From the NCBI GenBank assembly GCA_046563655.1, contig CM102286.1, forward strand, positions 4,526,001-4,590,000: DNA of 64,000 bases, given 5' to 3'. Within the stretch, counting starts at the first letter, position 1; every line of letters starts with the position of its first letter. Origin of the DNA: Yuukianura sp. NJ FZ-2021 (taxonomy: Eukaryota). Below, piece after piece: positions 37,785 through 51,287 of this stretch. The position numbers and the translations under genes were made by a program. Below the pieces are notes generated by a model that was not told the origin of the DNA, searched no databases, and saw nothing but the letters and a program-made list of their open reading frames with translations.

Positions 37785-39304
37785 TCACTGTCCAAACATA
37801 ACTTCATAGGTGGCAACGCAGGCGCAAAGGAACGCTCCAGCAATGAAAGGCCAGCACTCCACTTTGTTGTCGTCCATGTGCGCTACCATTTTGAAACTCG
37901 GGATTTGTTTAACTTTTTCAAAATATCTGAAAATGTTCGGCCGTTTTTTCAGAGTCCAAAACCGATTTCCGAAACCAAGTTGCCAAAGACGGTATAGAAG
38001 CATGGAGAAACTGAAATCCACTTGCGTAAGGCGAGAGCCAATGAGCCAAAGTCCTAGGCCAGTACCTTTACAATTTAGGATTAAACTTTTAAAAACGTGA
38101 ATTAAAATTTTGATTTTGGAATTTTGACAATTTTACACTTACTGATTAGTTGAGCTTCACATTCGTCCAAAAGGTTTTCAAATTCCAAGATGACTTGTTC
38201 GTACTTTTCCCTTACGACCATGAAAGGACGCTCTTTTTGAAATGCAACTGCTTTCTGTCGAAGATACTCTGCTGCTTCTCCGTTCACTTTCTGCATCGCT
38301 TTTGATTCCGTCATTAACAAACTCATTCGAATTTTCAAAATTTCTGAAAAAAGTTAAAAGTTTATTTTAAATTCTCAATACATCGACGCTTCTTTAGTTT
38401 ACTTTCATATACCTCTCATTTGATTTCTAACGGCAGCGTTGTCAAATGGATAATTTGGTTTGATTCCGAGTGAACTTTCGTCAAACATGACACTTCCGTT
38501 TGTCAAAGTTTCAATCCGTGCCTTTCGAAACTTTTCGAGGAACAGCGCATGCGTGAGGACCAAGTCACTTACGTTCGGAGGGTTCAGCTCTACGTATTTG
38601 GCTTTTGAAAGATAAATTTACAGCTTGAATGTCAAACATTAATGCATTTCCCAAAAACTGTTTGAACTGATGACCTTACGATGAACACGATAGAGGTACA
38701 ACTTGTTCAGGTTTGCAATTATAGTGTCGGAGTCAACGTAGATTTCCCCGGTACGCCTATCTCTGAGCACTGGAACCTCACCTTTCGGATTCAACTTCAA
38801 AAAGTCCTCGTGAAACTGATGACCTGAAAGGAATTTATAAAAAAAAAATCAAATAAAAATCGAGCATTAAATCATTCCATAATTGAGAAATGTGTCGATT
38901 TGAGTAGGCGAAAGCATGCTTTCGCCTGGGGTAATGCATTACCCAAATTGATGTTAACCAGGATCTTCGTATACGGAATACTTTTCTCGTGTAACGCCAT
39001 CATCACCTGACAAAAACAAATTGCAAATATTTTTGTCATTCGAAAATTTCCTCATTTTTTGGAAAGCACAAGTATGTTTGAATTGCATTTAGGTTAATTC
39101 AAGGCTGTAGAGTGTAGAAGCTGCTAATCCTTAATTAATTACCTTGAGACAATTAATTGAATGTGGATAGTAGTAGAGCATCATGTCAGGCTTGTATCCT
39201 TCCTCTGACGTTCCATCAGCCAAAAGGTATGCATTACTAGGTGACATCCATCCGTGAATAAAACCGCTACCTCTGCCATCTTTGCCAGGAATTTGGAGCG
39301 CCAT
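37785..39304 (-). CDS. GDAP1-like glutathione S-transferase family protein, multi-exon
   Basis: LYYYPHSINCLKVMMALHEK, FLKLNPKGEVPVL, DSDTII, long helical insert, WLIGSRLTQVDF, RPNIFRYFEKV, C-terminal hydrophobic anchor. Confidence 0.82.
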
Positions 39305-39791
39305 TTTTTAATTTTGGGAAAAATTTAGCTTTTTTGTTTTCTGGAACGACTCGATCGAGTGTCCATTTTTTTAAAGAAGGAATGTTTACACACTTTGTAT
39401 AACAAATCAACAACTGTAACTATTGGAAACGCAGGAATTTGAAAATGACGAAAATAATCCGATCCTCGTATATTAATCCAAATCGAATTCAAAATCCCTC
39501 AAAGTTCAAAGTTCAACACAATTTACAAATTATTATTTTATTGATGTAGGAATCGGTGGGAATCGAGTTTAAATTAATAAAGTGAATATGTTGACAAAGT
39601 GTTGAAAATATTTTAAAGAAATTTTTATAATTTATAAATGCAAACGGAAATTAATTAGTAAACCTATCATCACCTGGTTAAGTCTCATAACATTGAAGTA
39701 GTGATTCACTCAAATGTTATGCTGGAATTGATCTAGTTATGGAATCATAAAGCACGACTTCTCTAGTATTTTTAGCAACTACTGGATAATC

Positions 39792-40659
39792 TTAGTTATT
39801 TTCTGCAACAGTTTTTGCAGCGAAGATTTCAATCCAGTATCCATCGGGATCTTTGATGAATGCAAGTCCCTTCATTTTACCTTCGTTCGGTTTCTTGACG
39901 AATTCGATTTCATGTTCTTCAAATCGTTTACAAGCAGCATCTACGTCTGGAACCAAGATACCAATATGACCATAACCCATTCCATCAGCATTCCCAATTT
40001 TGTAGGCAAAGTCTGGCTGGTTTTCAGTTCCCCAATTACTAAAAAATCAATATTTGTAAAATCCGTCCACTTTATGTCAAATCTAAATTAAATAACAACA
40101 TTTATGTCATACTGTGTCAATTCCAGTGTAGCCTTGCGTGTCATGGCCCAAACTGTTCGTTCTTTGTCATCATGTGGTCGATTTGCCCTGTCCTCGTATC
40201 CCATAAAGTACAGAGAGAACTTCATCTCTGGAAAATCCATTTTCTTCAACAGTGTCATTCCAAGCACTTGCGAGTAGAAGATCAACGATCGTCGTGGATC
40301 CTTGATTCGGTACATAGTTTGTTGGAACATAAAGTCCTATGAGCATCAATTGAAAGCGTTAATTAGTACTGTCAATTTAGCCCAACAATCAACAGTTAAT
40401 GACATGCATTAATTTTTACCTTAGTCGACTCATGAGGCGGATGTGCACAAATTTTAGCTGCTTCTTCGTCACTGAGTGGTTGAAGTCCTCTGTCTGAAGC
40501 CATTTTAGTTGAAAACGATTGGTGAACTGGAATGAAATTAACAGATGATTTGGAACGAGCGTCGACGAGCTGTCTAGCCGGTCTGTTGTAGATTCGTAGT
40601 GGGCATGTTAGGCTTATTGTAGGGAGCCATATGGATATGACTCGTTTCAAGGACAGCAT
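39792..40659 (-). CDS. Glo1: Lactoylglutathione lyase (glyoxalase I); alternative ATGs at 40659 and 40503
   Basis: [54 protein letters not shown]. Confidence 0.95.
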
Positions 40660-41459
40660 CTCTAGTGACAATTTTGTGATGCCACGATAGCGTTACTTTC
40701 ACTTTTCACTTTTCAATTTACAGTTATGACCATGTAACAATTTATCACATTATCATTGTTTGGTATCTTTTGTTTCATCACATTCAGCATACTATAAAAA
40801 ATAAACCAACATGTTAAAAATGTAACTGTGGATGCATTTTTACAAGTTGTTATCAATAAAGTTGTATTAATAAAGTTGTATAAATAAAGTATATTACAAG
40901 TTGTCAGCAATAAAGATACATAAATTTGTTTAAAAGAAAAGTTGTTTGATAATTTGTACAAGTTTGGCATGTTTTCGTTTCCAAATCAAAAAGAAAAAAT
41001 TCCGCTTCAAATTTTAACATATCGATTTTTTTTGCTATAAAGCAGTGTAAATGTGAAAGTGATTTTCCAAGTCATCCAACTGCGTAGAACTTAACTGGAT
41101 CCACGGAGCAGATGAATGGACTTGATCTGTCAGACATTGCGGTTGCGGTTGATACGAATGATAAGCTGAAACATGTTCATAACGACGCTGTGATGGCTAA
41201 ATTGTCGTGCTAACCTTAAGCAGCTTATACTGTGTTTGTTTTTAATGCTGAAACTGTTGGCTTAATGAAACTAGCAACTATATTAATCATTCCATACTCA
41301 CATCTTGTCTTTAATTTTTTCAAAATTGAGTGCTTCTGTGCTGTGTAAAGTTCCTTACTTACCTTACTTTGCTTACCGTATTACCGTTAATTTTGAGTAA
41401 TAATTGATGTAATAAATTTCGCTTAAAGGAAGGTCAAACTCTTTGGCGATTTTCCAATC

Positions 41460-43984
41460 ATGTCACAAAACTCTGCAAAATTGGAAGGATTTGACCGTAT
41501 TTTTAACTTGGTCGGTGGAGGGGGATGGTACCAATGGCTTCTGTTTTGTGTTTGCTCTCTACAGGTAACATTTGGGAACTGTAATAATTTTTGGCGTTTC
41601 AAATATGCAAATAGTAATTTCTAAAGTTTTCAGGCCTTTCTGATTTGCTTCCACTCTTTGAGCTATGTCTTCCTTGGAGCTGTTCCAGATCATTGGTGCA
41701 AAATTGACGCCCTCAAAAGTACAAATTGGACGGAAGAACAAATTAAAAACTTGTCAATTCCTATAAGATCGTAAGTTGCTGACATACTGTGCGGAAATTG
41801 CAAAGTTCTTAGAAAATTGTAAACGAATTTTAGTACCGACGCTACAAAATATGACCAGTGCGCAGCGTATAATCTGGATTATACTGCACTTGCGCAAGAA
41901 CCGACGTTTGAGTCAGCTATGAACAAAGCTAATCATTCAGCATCCACTCCCGTCAAGTCCTGTACAAGTTGGACGTATGACACATCAATTTACAAAGAAA
42001 CTACAGTTAGTGAGGTACGAAGCGGACTCAAACCAGACATGAAAAGTTAAAAAAAAAAGATTTCCGGATAGATTTAATTAATTCTACTTGTTCCAAAGTT
42101 TAATTTAGTTTGCGATCGACGCTACTTGGTGGCAACAATTCAAGGAACGTACATGGGTGGTGCTGTTGCTGGGTCTCTGATAATGGGGTCGCTCTCAGAC
42201 AAGTTGGCAAAGAAATTGCAATTTTTGAACATTTTCTCAAAAAATTTTTTTTGCAGCGTGCTAGGTCGACGCAATACGGTGCTACTTTCTTTGTGCGTGG
42301 TAATCTTATTTGGATTTGCATCTTCGCTTGCAAATTCGTACCTAGCATTTGTGTTAGCTCGGTTCTTCATATCCCTTGGAGCTAGCGGATCTTTCCAAAA
42401 CACATTTTCACTCTGTAAGGCAATAAATTGTGTTTTATTTTCTTACACTAAAAACAGAAACTTTTTCACAATTTGAAATTTTTACAGTAACGGAAGTCTG
42501 TGACAAGAAAAATCGGGCCAAAATCGGACTCATCTCTAACGTGCCATTTGCATTTGGTCACATGGCACTTCCAATTTATGCTTACTTTCTTCGAGACTGG
42601 AGAAGCCTCCAAATTGCTATTGCAAGTTCAACGCTACTTCTCCTCAGTTATTTTTGGTTAGCTGAATATCTGCGAAGGCGATTTTTTCCGAATTTTGAGA
42701 AAACTTCAAATTTTTGTGCCAATTTTAGGCTACTTCCAAATTCTCCAAGATGGTTAGCAACCATGGGGAGGTATGAAGAGGCTCTAAAAATTGTCAATCG
42801 CGTTGCAAAGTTAAATCGCAGGCCGAAACCGCATCGTTTGGAAGCAATGGTGATTCTAGAAAGTTGTGCTGACGAAACGCTGGCGGATCGTAGACCAGTA
42901 TCTTGCGGTGCCCATTTTCTACAAACGTTGAAAAAAATTGGAAGAGGTTATGTTAATCTCGTAAGAACGCCTGAACTGCGACGGCGTTCTTTTCTAATTT
43001 GGTTCCTGTACGTTGCTGTGACGCTAGTTTACTACGGACTGTCATTCGATTCTGCGCTGCTGACAAATGACCCGTTCTTACTCGTTTTCTTAGGGCAGGT
43101 TTCGAATTTTTTTTTTAATATTTTTTTGATTTAGATTGTTCAAAATTTTATAATTTTTGATTCTTTTTTTCTTTTAGCGGACTGATGGAGATTCCAGGGT
43201 ATACCATCGTGGTTCCATTTGCGATAAAGTGGGGCAGAACTCCGACTGTGACGACGACTTTTCTGATTACAGGTTCTAGTTCTAATTAACAGATTTCTAA
43301 TGCTAATAATACTTAAGCTACAAATAATATATTAACTGCTGCTAATAACATTTTCATTTTAGGAGTTGTCTGTGGGATGGTAGCAGTGGTACCAGCCGGT
43401 ATAGCATGACAAACACACATTATTTTAAAGCGTTGCATCAATCAATATGTTAAATATTTCAATACAATTGAATTTTAAACTTTTAGAATACAGTTACATC
43501 CGCGTCGTTTTTGCAATGGTTGGAAAATTGTTCATTTCCGGTGCCTTCGGCGTCATCTACTTACTGGCCACCGAACTTTACCCAACGACAGAGCGGGCAA
43601 CAGGACTCGGAAGTGCCGTTTTGATAGGAAGAATCGGATCCATTTCTGCCCCTTACGTCGTTGACTTAACAGTAAGAAAGAAAAAAATATTTTGTAGAAG
43701 TGATAGTAACGATTTTTTTTTGTTCTCAGAGAGCTATACAACCTGAACTGCCCAGCATCATTTTTGGTGTCACTGGAATTCTTGCTGCGTTCGTGACATT
43801 GTTTCTACCAGAGACCAAAGACATGGCCTTGATGGACAACATCAAAAGTGTTGAGCAACAAGGTCAGACAGAAGAGGGTGAAACACAGATCAGGAAAATT
43901 GCAAGGCGTCTTTCCCACCCCTACGTCGATACTTCTGAATCCCAAGGAAATAATCCAACTGTTGACAAAAGTGACGAAAAATGA
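41460..43984 (+). CDS. SLC22 organic cation transporter family, copy 1
   Basis: GGGWYQ, VPDHWCKI, EFNLVCDR, LSDNVLGRR, LPNSPRWL, TELYPTTERATG, LFLPETK. Confidence 0.92.
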
Positions 43985-45048
43985 ATTTGCGTCAATATAA
44001 ACTGTGCAATAACAATTGCGTCAACGAACTGTGAGATCCGTTGTAAGCAAGCTGGAACTATTTTAAGTCTCTTTTCAGGGCAATCTCTAGTGACAACTTT
44101 GTGATATCACGATGGCGTTACTTTCACTTTTCAAGATTTATGACCATGTAACAGTTTACCATTCATTATCGGGGATCCTTATTTTAGTACAGTACACTCC
44201 ATAACATACTCGACTAGATAAAATGAAACTTTGATATAAAGTTTTGATACGCTGTTGTATAATATTCGATATGCTTTTGTATAACTTTTGGTTTGTTGCA
44301 CGTTTTCAGCTCGATTTCCAAGCCGAAAACAAAGACTCTTTAGCTTGAAAAGTTTTTGGAGTTGGAAAATTTTTGTTTGTTTTTTCTAAGAAGGATTTCA
44401 GTGTGAAAGTATCATTTTCCAAGAACGTCAATTGTCCAGAAGTCAACAGGAGACAGGATCCATGGGTCAGATGAATAGACTTGATCTGTCAGAAGTATCT
44501 TCGTGCTGCTGATATGCGGATGATAAGCTGAACATGTTTCTATAACGACTATGTAATGTCTAAGTGCTGGGTGCTAACCATAAGTAGCTTACATGCTTAT
44601 TTGTAATGCTGGAAATGTTAGCTTAATGAAAGTATATCTATATTAATCATTCTGTTCTCACATCATGGCCATAATTTAGCCCAATTCATGATCATACAAA
44701 TGAAGATGGGCCAAGTTTAGTATGCATGTTGACCTTACTTTGATAAGTTCTATTTTTACGTGAATTTCAATTAGTTTCAAAACGATTGTCCCATAGCCTT
44801 TGTTGCATTGTGTGGTGAAAACTGGTTTTTCAAAAACAATTTGATTAGTTCAAATTCTGTGTTTAAGTGTGCCAGGAAAGCATAAAGTTTTCTCTAATGA
44901 CTTTTGTATTATTTAGTGTAGTCTATCAACATATTACCATAATTTTTTTATGAAGTTCATTTTGCTAAGAAAGTGAAGTCATCACACCTTACAATTGGAA
45001 AATAAAAAATTATTAGTAGTAGTATTTCTGAGTAATTTTTTTTGCATC

Positions 45049-47751
45049 ATGTCACAGAAGTTAGTGAAAGTGGAAGGATTTGATCGTGTTTTTAACCTTG
45101 TCGGTGGAGGCGGTTGGTACCAATGGCTTCTGTTTTGTGTTTGTTCTCTGCAAGTATGATGCTCTTTGATCTACAACAGAATTTCTTTGAAATTGAAATA
45201 AAATTTGTCAAAATTAAAATTGAAAAAGAGTGTAACAATTTAAATTTTTTAGGCAATACTTATTTGCTTCCACCATTTGGGCTATGTTTTCCTGGGAGCT
45301 GTTCCAGATCATTGGTGTAAAATTGACGCCCTCAAAAGTACAAATTGGACGGAAGAACAAATTAAAAACTTGTCAATTCCTATAAGATCGTAAGCTGTTG
45401 GCATAATGTGCTGAAATTGTCAAATTCTTAGAAAATTTAAACCAATTTTTAGTACGGACGCTACAAAATATGAGCAGTGCGCAGCATATGATCTGGACTA
45501 CACTGCACTTGCGCAAGAACCAACATTTGAAGCAGCTATGGACAAAGCTAATCGCACAGCATCCACTCCTGTTAAGTCCTGTACGAGTTGGACGTATGAC
45601 ACTTCAATTTACAAAGAAACGACAGTTAGTGAGGTACGAAGTAAACTTAAACATTTCAACAACAAATGAAACATTTTGAATTTTTTTTTCCTAAAGTTTG
45701 CAGAAAAAGTTACGTTAGTTAATTTTTCGTTCATTGTTCCAAAGTTTAATTTAGTTTGTGATCGACGCTATTTGGTTGCAACAATTCAAGGAACTTACAT
45801 GGGAGGCGTCGTTGCTGGCTCATTAATTATGGGGACGCTGTCTGATAAGTATGCAAAAAATTTATGAATTTTGAACACTTTTTTAATAAAAAAAAATTTT
45901 TTTTGCAGTGTTCTCGGTCGCCGAAATACGGTACTACTTTCTGTGTGCATCGTAATCGTATTCGGATTTGCAGCTTCGCTTGCAAATTCGTACGCAACAT
46001 TTGTGCTAGCCCGATTCTTCATAGCAGTCGGAGCTACCGGATCCTTCCAAAACACATTTTCACTTTGTAAGTATTTTTTGGCAGTATTTTTTTATATTCC
46101 ATATTTTACATTCCGCGGAAATCCACCTTATACACAGAAAAATAGCTTGTCTTTTTTTAGTATTAAGCTTAATTCAAGGATTTCCAAAACTTTAATATCT
46201 TCTACAGTGACAGAAGTTTGTGACAAGAAGAATCGTGCCAAAATTGGACTAATTTCCAACATACCCTTTGCATTTGGCTACATGGGTATTCCCATTTTTG
46301 GCTACTTCATTCGAGACTGGAGAAACCTCCAAATTGCGTTTTCTGCTGCAACTTTACTTCTACTCAGCTATTTCTGGTAAAAAGATTGAAATTATCAAAA
46401 ATTAAAATTATTTCGTGAATTTTTTAATATTAGGCTATTGCCAAATTCTCCAAGATGGTTAGCGATGATGGGAAGGCATAAAGAGGCTATAAAAATTTTG
46501 AATCGTGTTGCAAAAGTAAATCGGAAACCAAAACCACATCGCTTGGAAATGATGGTGATTCTGGAAGCTTGTACTGATGAAATGATGGCAGATCGTAGAC
46601 CAGTATCTTGCGGTGCCCATTTTCTTAGAACTTTGGAAAACATTGGAAACGGATATGTGAATCTTGTAAGAACGCGGGAATTGCGTCGCCGTTCTTTTCT
46701 CATTTGGTTCTTGTTCATTGCTGTGACGCTGGTGTACTACGGACTGTCCTTTGATTCTGCGCTGCTGACAAATGACCCGTTTGTGCTTGTTTTCTTAAGG
46801 TATGTATTAATTAATAATTCTTTATCATGTATAATAATTTTGCTATTTTTGGTAAAATCAAAGAACGTTTGCACCTTTTTATTTGAACCAAATGGCGTTC
46901 TCCCGGTTTTACCAATTCGTTTTTGTTCTCAGTGGCATGATGGAAGTGCCTGGGTATACCATTGTGGTTCCATTTGCGATAAAGTGGGGCCGAACGCCAA
47001 CAGTGTCCACTACTTTCCTCATTACAGGTTACCACTAAAGTGATTCCAAAATAAATTTTGGTTAAAAATTATAATCTTAAGAATTATAATTTATAACTGT
47101 AGGCATCGTCTGTGGGATTGTAGCAGCGTTACCAACCGGTAAAAACTTGGAATTTAAAACTAATACGCAGGATGGTCACAAATTCCTTGATTTTGCTGCA
47201 ATTGAATTTTGAAATTTTAGAATACGCCTATCTCCGCGTCGGTTTTGCAATGATTGGCAAATTGTTCATTTCCGGTTGCTTCGGAGTAATTTACCTACTG
47301 GGAGCTGAACTGTATCCAACGACAGAGCGTGCGACAGGTCTTGGATGTGCCGTTTTGATGGGAAGAATTGGGTCCATTTCTGCACCATACGTTGTGGACT
47401 TAACAGTAAGCCGAAAGCTATTTTCAAAATTTCAGAAAAGTAGAAGGAATAAAAACGTTTGTTTTCCAGAGAGCTGTACAAGCGGAACTGCCGAGCATCA
47501 TTTTTGGTGTCACTGGAATCATTGCTGCGTTGATGACACTGTTCTTACCAGAGACCAAAGACATGGCCTTGATGGACAGCGTTAAAAGTGTTGAGCAACA
47601 AGGTGAAATAGAGGAAGGTGATACACAGATCATGAAACTTGCACGGCGTCTATCCCAACCTTACGTTGATACTTCTGGAATCCATGGAACAAATCCAATC
47701 GTTTCTCCAGAAAATGCCACGACTTCTAGAAAAAGTAGTAACGCAAATTGA
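45049..47751 (+). CDS. SLC22 organic cation transporter family, copy 2 (tandem duplicate)
   Basis: Same motifs and intron positions as copy 1. Confidence 0.92.
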
Positions 47752-48627
47752 GGTTTATGACAATCCGAGTTTGTAGCATTGGAAGTTTAAGTTAATCGTG
47801 TCTGCTTTATTTGAAAATAAGTAAACACTAAAAGACGTTATAAACAATGGGCAATTAGATGATACAGCTTAGCATAATTCACATGTAGGCATCAGATATG
47901 TGTTCTTACATAGAAAGGGCAAATTCTACTGCAAATTTCAAATAGTGCAGATTTTATTATGCAAAATTGATTCCAAAGGAATAAGCTAGATGTCTTTTTC
48001 AAAAGAAAGCAATAATAATTTCTCTTTTCATGGAAAGCTTTAGCCCTCATTCGACTTCAGTTTTTTCTATTTTCAGTTTTGTCGTGTTTGATCGTGTCAC
48101 TTTTGACCAAATTGGTTAAGCTCTACGCATGCTGAACGTGAACCCGAATACTATTATGAAAAATGTTTGCGTAGTGCTTAAAGTTCTTTCTATTTTTTCT
48201 CGACCTTGGCCAATTTTTTTCAGAGTAAATTTTTTTTTGCTAGCCAAATGCTTATGCATGCAAGCATTGAAAATTAGTTTATTTTGATTTCCTGCTCGTG
48301 ATCATTCGGAAGAATGAAGTCGAACAATTTAGTAGAAGCAAAAAAAATTGGAATCATCTCCAAGAGTTGTCTATACAGTATACAAGCGAAGTGGATTGCA
48401 CAATTCTTACTATAGAGCACCCTGTGTGCAGTAGTTACGCATTTCAGATAGATATTACAATACAACCAATTAATGTTGTAAGTTGTACATAATAGTACAG
48501 TTTCAGTACTATCAATATTTACCGCAACAAGAGCCTGTACTAATATTTGTTGAAAGTTTGACAAAGCTTTCCGGTGAAAGCACGCTAAAATTTTGCGCAA
48601 ACTTACAAAGGTGTATAGACTTTTGAA

Positions 48628-49036
48628 ATGGAAATTAACATAAATGGGTCCAGCAGTTGCAGAATCACAATTTCCGGAGATGGCAGATGTGTAATTAACC
48701 AAAAACGGAACAAGAAGGACGAGGAATCTCAAAATCAGCCACTGTTTGAAAATAATTCGGAAACGACGGTAACTCGTTAATTCTGGCTTAATTCTAACTA
48801 AATCCTTTCGTATTGTTTGTTTAATTCAGTTTTTAATTGTAATTTAGTTTCAGATTCACAATGCTAAAACCGTGCAGGTCATGGAGGAAGCTGACCCCTA
48901 TCAAAATTGCAAACTGTTTCTTGCGATCTTAGTAGCAGTGTTAATAGTTGTTGCGATTATAGGATTTGTCATTTACTTGTACAGCAACGAGTGCAAGGCT
49001 AAACCATTTCTGAAACAGTGTAAGGGAAGGCAATAG
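48628..49036 (+). CDS. Small single-pass membrane protein (107 aa, 2 exons), absent from the ORF track
   Basis: Exons 48628-48768 and 48854-49036 with a GT-AG intron give MEININGSSSCRITISGDG...KLFLAILVAVLIVVAIIGFVIYLY...KQCKGRQ*. Confidence 0.55.
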
Positions 49037-50207
49037 CGCAAATTGTTTGGCATCAGAAGTGACGCTCTGTCTTCCAAATCCGCTTCATTATAAGCAAATG
49101 CCAACTTGAAAATTTTGTGTTAAATATTATAAGTATTTCAATGTGCTATTTTTATATAGTTTTTAAATACGATTAAACATATTTAGGTTTTAAGCGAAAG
49201 TTATTATTGCATTATGACTAATTTTGCATAAAAATTTATTTTATAAAATAACCAACCGAAACATTGCCATCCAAAAGCTCAATGGAGAATACACGCTTAC
49301 TGACGTTATGCTTATGAAAAAGTGAAATTAAATATTTGATTCATTCATGTTTCTGCCGCAATGAAGATTTATTTGAAAAATTTGAATTCAAACACCTTCA
49401 ACTTGCATTGTAAGAATTTCCTTGACAAGCAAATTCTCGTTAATTTGGTAATTCTCCTAGCAAATGACCATAATTTCAAATAAATCTGAATTCAAATTGC
49501 CAGAAGGCCTAATAAACATACTTGTACGTGTTGTAAATATTGAGCAGACTTGAGCCCCACCCGACATACTTTCTCAATGCCTTTTCAATGATCATCTTCA
49601 AGAAGACGCACGATAGACACGGTTACTAATTCTGGCATGAGTGTGAAGGTTTCTTGCCAAATTTTTGCACAAAACATCAAAGGCTGCGGGGAATCCAGAG
49701 CGTCTGTTTTTATTTCTCTATTTGCAGTTTCATTTCTGTCACAGCCAAGTCAGAAGAGTGTTACAGAGTAATTGCTCTTGTTGTTTTTTCGATTATTGGA
49801 TTCTATAGCTTCAAGGTAAAGGTAAGCAAAACTGTTTCAAAGCAAAAAAAAATCAGAAAATTCTCAGAAAAATTAAAAAGTACTGATTTAGACTTTGTTG
49901 TATGAATGACGCTTTAAAACTAAACAAGTTCGAGTTTCAAAATACAAGCACAATTTCGAAAAATTCAAGAGGATCGATCGAATTGTAAATTTTTATCATT
50001 TATTGATCCAAATCTCAACATGGCAATTGGCAAGCAACGCAACAGGATTGCGTTATGTAGACCTTGTTCTTTGACCTTGAATTTCAAATGTCTGGGGCTC
50101 AAATCTGTATAGGTACTTTTTTTTAGTGTCGATGTGCTAATCTTAATGGATTGTAAGTGGCTAAGAAACATGTGTAACTCTACTTGATGCAATTTTTAGG
50201 AGACGAT

Positions 50208-50944
50208 ATGGAACATAGATTGTGTAAATTCTGTTTTCTGATGTCCTGCATTTTGGCATTGTGCCTGGCTGATGATCTAAAAAGCAGTAACACACAAGGG
50301 CATTCGTCAATGACGCATAGAGCTAAGAGGTCAAAGGTCATCGGTGACTATGGAACTGCTGTGTGTAACAGAACTGTTTGGAAAGCAGTATTTGAACCGT
50401 ACCTTCGAGCTGAAGCGAGATACCAAAGAAATGCCACTGAAGAAATGAGGACGCGGTACGATGTTGCATTGGCGAGAGTCAACAACTGGAAGAACAAAAC
50501 GATCAGTTCAAACCGTAACTTGGCCGAAACGTGTGGGCTTCTATCACACTTGGAATGCGGAGAACAGTCTAGATGCATTTGTGGCACTGGAGGTGTGCCA
50601 TTTAGCTATGTCACCAAAAATGGCGGCGTATGTCGTGCTAAGCGTGGTTCACACTGTCTAGACGAAAGTGACTGCGACGCTGGACTTTTGTGCCAAGACC
50701 GTACGTTGAAACATAAAGTTACATCATGAAAATTATTTACGAGTCTATGAACTGACAAATATACACTTTGGCCTAATATGTTTTAGGATACTGTGGAGGT
50801 GCCGCAGCATTTCTCGAAGAATATGCAAAGTTGACCGAAATTGAAACTGAACCAGAACCAGAGAAAAACATCGCTTCACTCGTTTCTGCTAACTTAGCAT
50901 TGTTTTGTAGTTTTCTCATCACTGTTATGCTACGCCAGTCCTGA
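50208..50944 (+). CDS. Cys-rich secreted/GPI-type protein (EB-module-like)
   Basis: Signal peptide, RAKR furin-type site, Cys-rich module (LECGEQSRCIC...CRAKRGSHCLDESDCDAGLLC), second exon with hydrophobic C-terminus. Confidence 0.65.
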
Positions 50945-51287
50945 CTTCACAAAAACTATTTTTAAATCGTGTGGGGCCACATAAACCCCAATTTCAGCGT
51001 TTTCGCATTGAAACTGTATCTTCTCAACCTCAATTTGCCAGTTTACAACGATTGTACATAACATACCAACGTACTTACTACATCAGCAGCCAAGGTGTTG
51101 TCCGATTGGTTACAATGATATTTGCTTTACCCTGTTCAGCCTTAATTTCTAGTGAAATTAACCTGTAGTTAATGTTAAATAAATATACGAGCTCATAATG
51201 TGACGGAAACGCGTGTATTGATTCCCAAACCGTTTTAATTCTTTTAATAAGTAAAGTAAAATTTTTCATTGTTTAGATTGAAACTTG

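Noticed and set aside
37785..47751. GST-like, glyoxalase I and SLC22 neighbours as a detoxification cluster
   Set aside because: Only adjacency supports it; chance is plausible in a gene-dense genome.
48274..48732. 152-aa minus-strand ORF with hydrophobic start
   Set aside because: TTG start, antisense to a better-supported spliced plus-strand ORF, no family motif.
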